A stretch of 22,567 bases of DNA from a virus (taxonomy: Duplodnaviria > Heunggongvirae > Uroviricota > Caudoviricetes). Position numbers and translations under genes: made by a program. Every line of letters starts with the position of its first letter. The first letter of the stretch is position 1. The stretch is from the IMG/VR virus record IMGVR_UViG_2537562194_000013. One strand, given 5' to 3'. Positions 8,165-20,100 of the stretch are shown in pieces. Under the pieces are notes generated by a model that did no database searches, had not been told where the DNA came from, and was given only the letters and a program-made list of their open reading frames with translations.

Positions 8165-8951
8165 AATCGCTTTCCACTTCTTCCGTGGTGTTTTCTTGCA
8201 GTTCTGTTAATGCAGCACGACATAGGTTCCGGGCATTGGATATAGCCACACTTTTGACTTCATCCGTCATCGTGCAGGTAATGTACTGATCGAGTTCTTC
8301 AGCGCGGATGATGCTTTTGCCAATCAGAAACTGTATTTGCCAGAGCAGATCGGCATCCATAATCAGAATTTCTGCCGGGCCTTCAGGGCCAGCCGGGAAG
8401 GAAACATAAGACTGTTTGCCCAGGCCGATAACTCGACAACTTGCTTCAAGAATTGCGCGCTTGAGGTCTGACTTTGTAACTGAAACAGGTTGATTTTCAC
8501 CTGCGATTACGCCGTTGACATGGATGTGGAAGGGCATGTAGCTTGAAATTCGCTCTACTTTCCATACGCCAGCAAGCGATCCTTCATGCAGCACAATGGG
8601 GGTAACCGCGAGTTTCATCTCACCATATAACTGCTGGCAGATAACTGGATTACTGAATACATCCAGAGGTTCACACTCAAACAGCGGCGCAATCTGCATG
8701 AGGTCCATCATGGTCATACCAGGGGTACGAGCAGTAATGAATCTGCGCATTCCAGTATCCATTGTGCGCCAGATAGCTACACCATGCTTTTTGCTCACTT
8801 CTTCAGTAAAGCCAAGGTGGCACATGATGGTTTTTTCGATAGCCAGATCAGAGATCGAAACCTTTTCGCCAGGCACACCATCATTATTGATGGTCACTTC
8901 GACACTCTGACCATTACGCAGGCGGTATTGAATTGCTTTAGTATTTTCCAC
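8163..8951 (-). CDS. Hypothetical protein (262 aa), last gene of the ssb operon
   Basis: GTG start at 8951 with GGAG 9 nt upstream; it begins 6 nt after the upstream gene's stop. Acidic C-terminus (ELQENTTEEVESD). No recognisable motif. I am not aware of an intact counterpart in P1, which as I recall carries an IS1 insertion around this position. Confidence 0.65.
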   Translation of the reverse strand: MENTKAIQYRLRNGQSVEVTINNDGVPGEKVSISDLAIEKTIMCHLGFTEEVSKKHGVAIWRTMDTGMRRFITARTPGMTMMDLMQIAPLFECEPLDVFSNPVICQQLYGEMKLAVTPIVLHEGSLAGVWKVERISSYMPFHIHVNGVIAGENQPVSVTKSDLKRAILEASCRVIGLGKQSYVSFPAGPEGPAEILIMDADLLWQIQFLIGKSIIRAEELDQYITCTMTDEVKSVAISNARNLCRAALTELQENTTEEVESD

Positions 8952-8957
8952 GTTAAA

Positions 8958-9635
8958 TCACTCCACTACAAACCAGTCACATGCCAGTAAGTCGCCTACA
9001 GAAGGAACCCACGGAACAACTACACCTTGTGCATTTTTTAAGGCGAAATAAGCACCATACGGAACGAGGTCGCCGGGGAAATATCCCTTAATGGCTTCCA
9101 TTCGTGCCGGGTACTGTCCTTCAGGAACCAGCCAGCAGAATTGGTTTTCGCCGTTCCACCCGCGTCGGGCAACTTTCTTGCCATCCTTCAGCCACATCAG
9201 CGCGTCAGAAAAGTCGGCTGCTTCAAGGTCGATTTCTTCTTGTAGAGTAGCGATACCGCCAGCAGAAATAGTTACGTCCCTGGCTGTAATGAATGTCACC
9301 CCATTGTGACCTTCAATGCTGAGCGATACCCCATTTTCGAAGAAGTCGTTAGTCCGACTAAAGCCTTCTTCAAATGTTTTTTCTGGTGAATAGGACAGAG
9401 ATCCGTCCTCATAAGCGACCAGATATCCGCCAATTTCTGGTCGGTGTTTTTGCAAAAATATTTTATCAACATGGACTTTTACCCCTTCTGGCTCAACGAC
9501 TTCGATGTTGCAAAAAAGGACCACATCCATTAGGGCGATAATTTCGATATCTTTGATTTTTGAGGCGCGAACTGTTTTATGGCTTTTGTATTTTGGAAGT
9601 GCCGTCAAAAGCTCTTTCGTTGTCATGTTATTCAT
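8958..9635 (-). CDS. Two-domain protein with a C-terminal DUF2829 (Tad2-like) domain
   Basis: I prefer ATG 9635 (MNNMTTKELL...), which has an AGAGGA ribosome-binding site, over the track start at 9803. The C-terminal ~80 aa (FSDALMWLKDGKKVARRGWNGENQFCWL...VVVPWVPSVGDLLACDWFVVE) fits the DUF2829 signature as I recall it: ALK-GKK-RR-GWNG, then PW-PS--DLLA-DW. The N-terminal ~140 aa is unrecognised. Confidence 0.7.
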   Translation of the reverse strand: MNNMTTKELLTALPKYKSHKTVRASKIKDIEIIALMDVVLFCNIEVVEPEGVKVHVDKIFLQKHRPEIGGYLVAYEDGSLSYSPEKTFEEGFSRTNDFFENGVSLSIEGHNGVTFITARDVTISAGGIATLQEEIDLEAADFSDALMWLKDGKKVARRGWNGENQFCWLVPEGQYPARMEAIKGYFPGDLVPYGAYFALKNAQGVVVPWVPSVGDLLACDWFVVE

Positions 9636-9832
9636 AGTCTTTCCTCTGCTTAAAACCTGATGTATTGCGCCTTCAGGTGGGTCAGGAATGTTTTCCCACC
9701 AGCGAACGCAATATCTCGGGGTGTTCTTTTCGTGAAAAGCGCGTGCCATTGCCAACTTTGGCGTTTGTTTGCGAGTTCGTGCTTTTGTCGGCGTCTGGAC
9801 CACCGCTTTTCTTTCAGTCGTTTTTTACACAT

Positions 9833-10321
9833 TCAAAACGGAATATCGTCGTCAAAGTCCATTGGAGGTTCGTTATTGGCGTTGCTCTGAGGTTTACCGC
9901 CACCACTGTATTGCTGGTGGTTTTGAGGTTGGTTTGATTGCCCCCAGCCATTTGAGGACTGTGAATCGTCACGGCGAGCGCCGATCATTTGCATGGTGCC
10001 GCCCTGGCTGACGATAATTTCCGTCGTGTAACGTTCTACACCGGCGTCATCTGTCCACTTACGGGTTTTAAGTTTCCCTTCGATGTAGACCTGAGAACCT
10101 TTTCGTAAATACTCACTCGCAATTTCAGCAAGTTTTCCGAACAAAACGACTTTATGCCATTCTGTTTGCTCTTTCTGTTGGCCCGTTTGCTTGTCGCGCC
10201 ATGATTCATTCGTTGCGATGCTGAGTCTTCCGACCGCTCCGCCATTTGGTATATACCTGATCTCCGGGTCTTGCCCCAGAGTACCAATCAGGATGACTTT
10301 GTTTACACCGCGTTGTGCCAC
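9833..10321 (-). CDS. ssb: Single-stranded DNA-binding protein
   Basis: 162 aa. N-terminal OB-fold signature ([20 protein letters not shown]...[37 protein letters not shown]), Gly/Gln-rich linker, and the canonical acidic tail [11 protein letters not shown] start at 10321. Confidence 0.92.
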   Translation of the reverse strand: MAQRGVNKVILIGTLGQDPEIRYIPNGGAVGRLSIATNESWRDKQTGQQKEQTEWHKVVLFGKLAEIASEYLRKGSQVYIEGKLKTRKWTDDAGVERYTTEIIVSQGGTMQMIGARRDDSQSSNGWGQSNQPQNHQQYSGGGKPQSNANNEPPMDFDDDIPF

Positions 10322-10340
10322 TTATCTTACCTAATAAAAT

Positions 10341-10357
10341 AAATTAATTAGAGCAAT
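10341..10357 (-). promoter_or_regulatory. P1 C1-repressor operator-like 17-mer in the ssb promoter region
   Basis: The minus-strand sequence ATTGCTCTAATTAATTT matches the asymmetric C1 operator consensus ATTGCTCTAATAAATTT at 16 of 17 positions. It lies 20-36 bp upstream of the ssb start, just downstream of a TATACA -10-like hexamer in the ssb direction. Confidence 0.55.
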
Positions 10358-10490
10358 AATGTATATCTTTGAAACGTAGCTAACAAGTGATTTGCATTAT
10401 CCTGTGCCTTCTAAAGGGATCGAGTCAGTCGGTATTGGCTGTGAATGGGTGTTTGTCCTGGAGCGTAAAAAATTCGCTTATGAGGTCTTT

Positions 10491-11048
10491 ATGAAGGGAA
10501 AAACAGCCGCAGGAGGCGGTGCAATTTGCGCTATCGCGGTGATGATTACCATCGTGATGGGTAATGGCAATGTGCGAACCAACCAGGCGGGGCTTGAGCT
10601 GATTGGTAACGCTGAAGGTTGCCGACGTGATCCATACATGTGCCCGGCGGGGGTATGGACTGACGGGATTGGTAATACACACGGGGTAACGCCGGGTGTG
10701 CGAAAAACCGACCAGCAAATCGCCGCTGATTGGGAAAAGAATATCCTGATCGCTGAACGCTGTATTAATCAGCACTTCCGGGGCAAAGACATGCCCGATA
10801 ATGCCTTCAGTGCAATGACAAGCGCGGCATTCAATATGGGATGCAATAGCTTACGGACCTACTACAGCAAAGCGCGAGGCATGCGAGTAGAAACGTCCAT
10901 CCACAAGTGGGCGCAGAAAGGGGAGTGGGTGAATATGTGTAACCATCTCCCTGATTTCGTGAACAGTAACGGCGTGCCCCTGCGAGGTTTAAAGATTCGC
11001 CGTGAAAAAGAACGCCAGCTTTGCCTGACGGGGCTGGTCAATGAATAA
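10491..11048 (+). CDS. lyz: SAR endolysin (phage lysozyme, T4-lysozyme-like fold) of the P1 Lyz type
   Basis: 185 aa from ATG 10491, with GAGG upstream; the track ORF starts earlier at 10392. N-terminal Gly/Ala-rich signal-arrest-release segment (GGGAICAIAVMITIVMGNGN), then a catalytic region with Glu, Asp and Thr in the expected arrangement (NAEGCRRDPY...GVWTDGIGNTHG). Confidence 0.92.
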   Translation: MKGKTAAGGGAICAIAVMITIVMGNGNVRTNQAGLELIGNAEGCRRDPYMCPAGVWTDGIGNTHGVTPGVRKTDQQIAADWEKNILIAERCINQHFRGKDMPDNAFSAMTSAAFNMGCNSLRTYYSKARGMRVETSIHKWAQKGEWVNMCNHLPDFVNSNGVPLRGLKIRREKERQLCLTGLVNE

Positions 11049-11295
11049 ACTCCGGCAGCTCCGCCGACTTTCGACAATGAAGTTATCGCTGGCGGCGATA
11101 GTTTTCGACTCGATTTTCATGGCGGTATATGTGCTCAATGAGACGTGGCCACTGGAACCGCTATTGTATGCTGGGCTTCGGCTGTGCCTGACATTTTTGA
11201 GCATGGCTGCAAGATTGATGCAGCAGAAAGAAACCGCTTCAGATTGTCCACGCCGCGCGGTGCGCAAATATATGGCACGCAGGCGAAGGCGATAA
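11041..11295 (+). CDS. Small membrane protein with two hydrophobic helices and an Arg-rich C-terminus; candidate lysis accessory protein
   Basis: 84 aa. ATG 11041 overlaps the last 8 nt of lyz. Hydrophobic segments LSLAAIVFDSIFMAVYVL and LLYAGLRLCLTFLSMAARL, tail KYMARRRRR. The ribosome-binding site is weak, so this could be a chance ORF. Confidence 0.4.
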   Translation: MNKLRQLRRLSTMKLSLAAIVFDSIFMAVYVLNETWPLEPLLYAGLRLCLTFLSMAARLMQQKETASDCPRRAVRKYMARRRRR

Positions 11296-11306
11296 TAGTT
11301 AACGAG

Positions 11307-11335
11307 AACCCCGGCATCCGCCGGGGTTATTTTTG
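11307..11335 (+). terminator. Rho-independent terminator after the lyz transcription unit
   Basis: 8-bp stem AACCCCGG / CCGGGGTT, 6-nt loop, then ATTTTTGG. Confidence 0.7.
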
Positions 11336-11339
11336 GTGG

Positions 11340-14136
<2,797 letters not shown>

Positions 14137-17100
14137 ATGAACAAGCTATCTATGGGGGTGTTTCGCTGTTCAAGTGTCAGCGAAATATTAAAATACATTA
14201 GGGCAATAACATCTCACCAAGCGCCGATTAAATATGGCGTGGAAAAGGTGGAAGGCAAAAGCTATGACCGACTGCGCCGGGAGGCGAATCAGAAGGCGAT
14301 AGATTTGCTTAATTCGCTGGTGGACGGCGCGACACTGACAGATGAACAGCGCCAGATCCTGGCTGGGTACACCGGTGAAGGCGGCATTGGCGGGTCCGTC
14401 TCCGAATATTACACACCAAAGCCGATCGCTGAAGGTGTCTGGGAGATCATGAAGCTCTACGGCGCGGACGTAGGTAACACTCTGGAACCATCGGCGGGAA
14501 CCGGCGTTTTTAATGAGACAAAACCGGTTGGTACGGTGATGACCGCGACTGAGATCAGCAGTGTTTCCGGTCGTATAAACCAGTTGTTACACCCGGAAGA
14601 CAGCGTACAGATTTCCCCGTTCGAACAGCTGGCTATAAGCACGCCTAACGATTCATTCGACCATGTTGTGGGTAACGTTCCGTTCGGCGGTCGTGATAAC
14701 ACACGCAACATCGATAAGCCTTACGCAGAAGAAACGGACATGGGTTCTTACTTCATGCTCCGCATGCTGGACAAGATAAAGCCAGGCGGATTCATGTGCG
14801 TGATTGTGCCGCCGTCCATTGTTTCAGGTTCAAACATGAAGCGGTTACGCCTGCGCCTATCACGGAAAGCTGAATTTCTTGGTGCCCACCGCTTGCCTAC
14901 CGGTACTTTTGACGCAAACGGGACCAGTACAGTCGTTGATGTGGTGCTGATGCGCAAACATCCGGCAGAGATGGCTGAGAAAATCCCCCTGGTGGATGAA
15001 AGCACTCTTGAATCGGCAAATGTGCTTTGGCCAACGTTTATTTCTGGCAAGTGGTTTGAAAAGGATGGCCGCCGGTTTGTTCATGGCACCCAGGAAAAGG
15101 GCTTCCAGGGGCGTATTGAGGTTCGTGCCGACGGTCAGATTGATAACCAGGCTCTTAAAGCGAAGCTGATTCATCGTTTCGAAAGCCGTATCGACTGGTC
15201 TTTGCTCGATATGGCTGAACCGTCACTGACCGCAGACGTTGTTGGTGAAGGGGAAATGCGCCTGATTAATGGCGTATGGCAAAAATATGCTGGTGGTCGC
15301 TGGATTGAAGCTGATGCCGGGAAGGAACTTAAAATTGATGCTGCCAGTTATGGCGCGGATAGCTGGGAGGCTCTTCAGCGTAACCTGACTACAACAGAAG
15401 GCCGTCTCGGTATGACATTTACCCAGATGGCAAATGTCCGCGATAAGTACACCACATCAATCAGCGACGATATGGTGCAGCTGGTGGACTGGATTAACAG
15501 CCAGCCTGAAAAATACCGTGAACGCTTGTATCGTGGGGCGATGATTGGCCGGATGTTAATTGAATATCAGGATATGAAGGCCGCCGGGCATAGTGCTGAA
15601 CAAATCGAACAGCAGCGCCTTTCTCTGGTATCCCGTTTGCAGGCAGAGATTGACCGTTTTGGTAACCCTGGTCGCGGTCCGATAGCTAAATTATCGGGAA
15701 GCGGTGCGCGCGCCTGGTTTGCTTTCCGTGGTGCAATTAAGCTGGATGGCACTATTTCTGACGAGCTGACAGGAAAGCTGGTTACGCATGATTCCAGCGC
15801 CAGTTATGACTCCACCAGCTATCAGGACACCCTGCGTTATCTCTATAGCGATCTTACCCGCGATCCAATCCAGCTCGATGATTTCCGCCTTGCGTTTACC
15901 GGCGAATTGCCAGCCAGTGATGAAGAGTTGCTTAATTTATTGGCCAGCACTCCTGGTATTGCGGTTTCACCGTATGGCGGGATTGTTCCGTTCGCCCGCG
16001 CCACCAGCGGCGACATTAACGAGATAGTGGCTCCAAAACAGGAATTCCTCGCCACGCTCCCCGACGGTCCAGTAAAGAACAACGTCCTTAATCAGCTGGC
16101 AGCGATCGAAGAGAAGCGCATCAAGACGCCAGCAGAGAATATCCGGTTTAAGCTCAATAGCCGTTGGTTCGACCGTTCCGTCATTCTGGAGTTTTTGCAG
16201 GAAAACGGCTATCCGGATCTGCGCTATGTGCAGTCAGTGCAGCTGGAAGGCGACGAAATGGTTTCTGACACCTATCACGGTGGTGATGGCCTGTTCGTCG
16301 GGCACCGATACGGTGTCGTCCAGCGCAAGGATAAAGAAACAGGCGAGATCCGCTACGAGTGGGACCGTAAATCAGGTGAAAACGCGACCGGGTTCCCGGC
16401 ACAGCTGGAAAAGTATCTCAATGGTGCGCGTATCGGTGGCAAAGATAGCGCGACGGCGAACGGCTACCGCGAGCAGATGGCACTGCTTGAGGACCAGTTC
16501 AATAAGTGGATCAAGACGCACGATCGCTACGATGAACTGGTTGCCAAATACAACGATGTGTTCAATAGCAATATCCCGTATGAACACTCTGGCGATCCGC
16601 TTGGGTTGAAGGGATTAAGCGGTAAGCGCCAGCCATTTGATTACCAGAATAGCGAAGTGCGCCGACTGTCCGAAGATGGGCGCGGCATCCTGGGCTTCGG
16701 CACCGGGCTGGGTAAAACTACGACCGCGCTGGCGCTTGAGGCGTTCAACTATGAGAACGGTCGCTCCACCCGTACTGCGTATGTAGTGCCTAAATCAGTG
16801 CTGGAAAACTGGTATTACGAAGCAAAAGAATTCCTGAGTGAAGAGGCATTCAGTAACTACCTGTTCGTCGGTCTTGATGTGCTGATGGATGGCGATCAGA
16901 TTCGCCAGGTGCCGGTGCTCGATGAGAACGGTAAACCTGTTCTTGGTACTGATGGCACTCCAGTTATGCGCGATGCCCTAAAACTGGCAGATGAAGCCAC
17001 TATCACGGCGCGGATGAACGCGATCCCGCACTCAAATTACCGTGCAGTCGTGTTTACCAAAGAACAATACGCCCGCATTCCGCTACGTGATGACACCGTA

Positions 17101-20100
17101 GATGAGCATGCACAGGATATGCTTTATGACTTCGTTGCCGCCGGGCGCGTAGCCAGCGCAATGGACTCCGACTCCCACCGCAAAGAGGCCGCGCGTCGCC
17201 GGGTATTGTCGGAGTATTCAGATACCGGCACCGAAAAAGCAGAGAAGTATCCGTACTTTGAGGATATGGGCTTCGATAGTGTGATCGCTGACGAAGGTCA
17301 CAACTACCGCAATAGCTATAAAAATGGTCGCGAAGCGTCACAACTGGCCTATCTGCCCACCAGCGCGGTGGCGCAATCGGCGCGGGATATGGCAATTAAA
17401 AACGCGTACCTGATGAAAAAGAATGGTGGGCGCGGACCGGTTCTCCTGACTGCAACGCCAGTCGTTAACACCCCGATCGATGCATACAACATGCTTTCTC
17501 ATGTGCTGCCGAAGGAATACTGGCAGAAGATGGGGATCTACGGTCCTGATGACTTCGTTAAATTCTTCGGCAAGACCAGGCTGGAAACGGTACAGAAAAT
17601 CAGCGGTGAAGTTGAAGAAAAAATGGCGCTGGTGGGCTTTGAAAACCTTGATGCGCTGCGCGGCATATTCCATCGCTGGACAACGCTTAAAACGGCGGAA
17701 GACGTTAAGGATACCGTGGAGATCCCGGAACTGGACGAACACCAGCAGGATGCACCACTTACGGAAGAACAACTGGCGGCGTATGAAGAATTGCGTCAGC
17801 AGGCGGAAGCGGCAGCCAAAGCCAACAATGGCGTAACGACCTCGGTCAATGAAGACGGCGTGATTGAGCACGAGAAAGCCCGTCCGATCTTCTCAATAAT
17901 CAGGGATATGGACCGCGTATGTACTGACATGGACCTGTACTATCGCAGGATCACCTATCGTTTCCTGCCGGAGTACGCCGATGCGGTGCAGCAGCTGGCG
18001 GACAGTTTGCCTAAACAAGCCACCAGCGAAGACGACGACAGTGATGATTCGATCACGCAGCAATCGCAATACTCCCTGATAGATAAGGGCGAGTTTATTC
18101 AGTTGCAGGTACCGGAAGCATTTGAGCAGGAAGTGAATAAGCGCCTGGCCAAGTTTGGCATTGACGAACAGACCGTAACTCACCCCGTTACGCCCAAATA
18201 CGCGAAGCTGATTGCCACGCTGAAGGAGTTTTTCCCGGAAGGTAAGCAAATCATCTTCACCGATGAAAAAACGCAACACCAGAAGCTCAAGCGCATTATC
18301 TGCAATGCTCTTAACCTTGAACCTTCAAAGGTGGGGATCCTGAATGCTCAGACGGTTGCCGAGGCAGGTAAAACCGGTAAGAAACTGAAAGCGGTTAAAC
18401 CGCCGAAAGAGCTACCGGATGAACCAACAGATGCACAGATAGCGAAATACAACGAGCAAATGGCTCTGTATGACGCCTATATCGCGCAGCAAAATGAAAT
18501 GTCGCTGGGTGGGCTGGAAAAGATTGCTGCCGACTTCCAGGAGGGCCGGACTCCGATCATCATCTGCAACAAAAAGGCAGAGGTGGGTATCAACCTGCAT
18601 CGAGGAACGACGGATATCCACCACCTGACGTTGCCGTGGACACCAGCCAGTATCGCACAACGTAACGGTCGCGGTGCACGAGTTGGCTCCAACCGTGCAA
18701 GCGTTCGCGTTCACTACTACTGCGGCAAGGGGTCTTTCGATGAATACCGACTGAAGACGCTGAAGCGTAAAGCAGGCTGGATCTCCGATATCCTCCGTTC
18801 AGATAAGTCAGAAATGGAGAACGCCGACGCCAATGACATGATCGAAATGCAGATGTATACCGCGAAGGATGACGGCGAACGTCTGGTAATGATGCAGGTT
18901 CAAATGGATAAGGCGAAAGCTGCGAAACGCGCTCGCCAGAAAGAACAGGCTACTATCGACCTTCAGAACTACATCAAGGCGCAGCACGCAGCTGGTGAGG
19001 ATGTGGAGGTACTTACCGCTGAATTGGAGCGAAGCAAAGCGGAACTTGAAAAGACCACCGCCGAGGTAGCTAAATTCAAACAGGCGGTAATGGCCAAAGC
19101 AGCTGATAACGCAGACTGGAAAGCCCGCTGGGGTAGCGTCCATCACACAGACCGTACGTTGTTAGCACAGTATCGCGCGTCGTTGAAAAGCGCCATTCAG
19201 CGCAAGGCTAATATCTCTCAAGCCATCTCCCGCTATGAGAAATTATTGAACCGTACTCAGAAGGCCGCGACGGATATCAAACGCCTGCGCCCGCTGGTGG
19301 AGGATGCAATAAATAAAGGCATTCTGGATGTTGATCCTGACCTGGTTAACCATGCGAGTGAGTTCCTTGTTATCGGCGATCGCTCATGGCGTGTAGGCCA
19401 ATACTACGATTGTGCCGGTGATATCGTTCGCATTAAGTCGCTGGACTTCGACAGCCAGCGCGCAGACGTGGAGATTATCTTTACCTTCAAAGGTACCAAA
19501 TCGGGTAACTGGGATGTGAAGACGCTGGATAAACAGGTTGATGTAACTCCCGATGAAGATGCTGTTATGCAGAAAATCAGTGGTGGCGTCTCCATCGCCG
19601 GGATTAACGACATCATTTCCTGTGACGATTTCTACCGTTTCCAGCAGCGCGGCATGATCAAAATCACTGACTCATACGGCGTTCAGACTACAGAGTCAGG
19701 CTATAGCATCGATTTTGTTGGTACCTATACGGACCCACTGAAGCATGCGGTTTACCCGGATCGCCGTGACGGCGCGCTGAAGTCGTCAATTGCAAAATGG
19801 GTGCTTGGTATGATGTCGGAAGGGAATAACCGCCAGATCCGTTCGGCAGAAACATTCCTGGTTGAACTGTTTGGCTCCAATTATGGCGATGTAATCGCGT
19901 CATACGGAGATACGCTATCCCCTGAAGCAATTCAGGAGAAAATAGCGGATGCGATCGCCAGAATGCCGGAAAAAACAAGCCAGGGGGCTACTCGTAACGG
20001 GGATTCTGAACTTGAAGTCACCAATGCCATTTTCGGTACCAATGAGTTCCGGGCGTCAGATTATGAGATCACCACAGCACAGTTTGGCACCATTGGCATT

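Noticed and set aside
9636-9803. Extended N-terminus of the DUF2829 ORF (track start 9803) and overlapping track ORFs 9650..9832 and 9660..9890
   Set aside because: The extension has no ribosome-binding site, whereas ATG 9635 is preceded by AGAGGA. The other ORFs in this gap have no start signals and look like chance frames in an intergenic region.
10325-10341. Possible second, overlapping C1 operator half-site next to the 16/17 match
   Set aside because: It matches the consensus at only about 10 of 17 positions, and the match is mostly the AT-rich CTAATAAA core. Insufficient evidence.
10392-10490. Extended N-terminus of the lysozyme ORF
   Set aside because: The upstream 33 codons lack a ribosome-binding site. 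ATG 10491 has GAGG upstream and gives the expected SAR-endolysin N-terminus (MKGKTAAGGG...).
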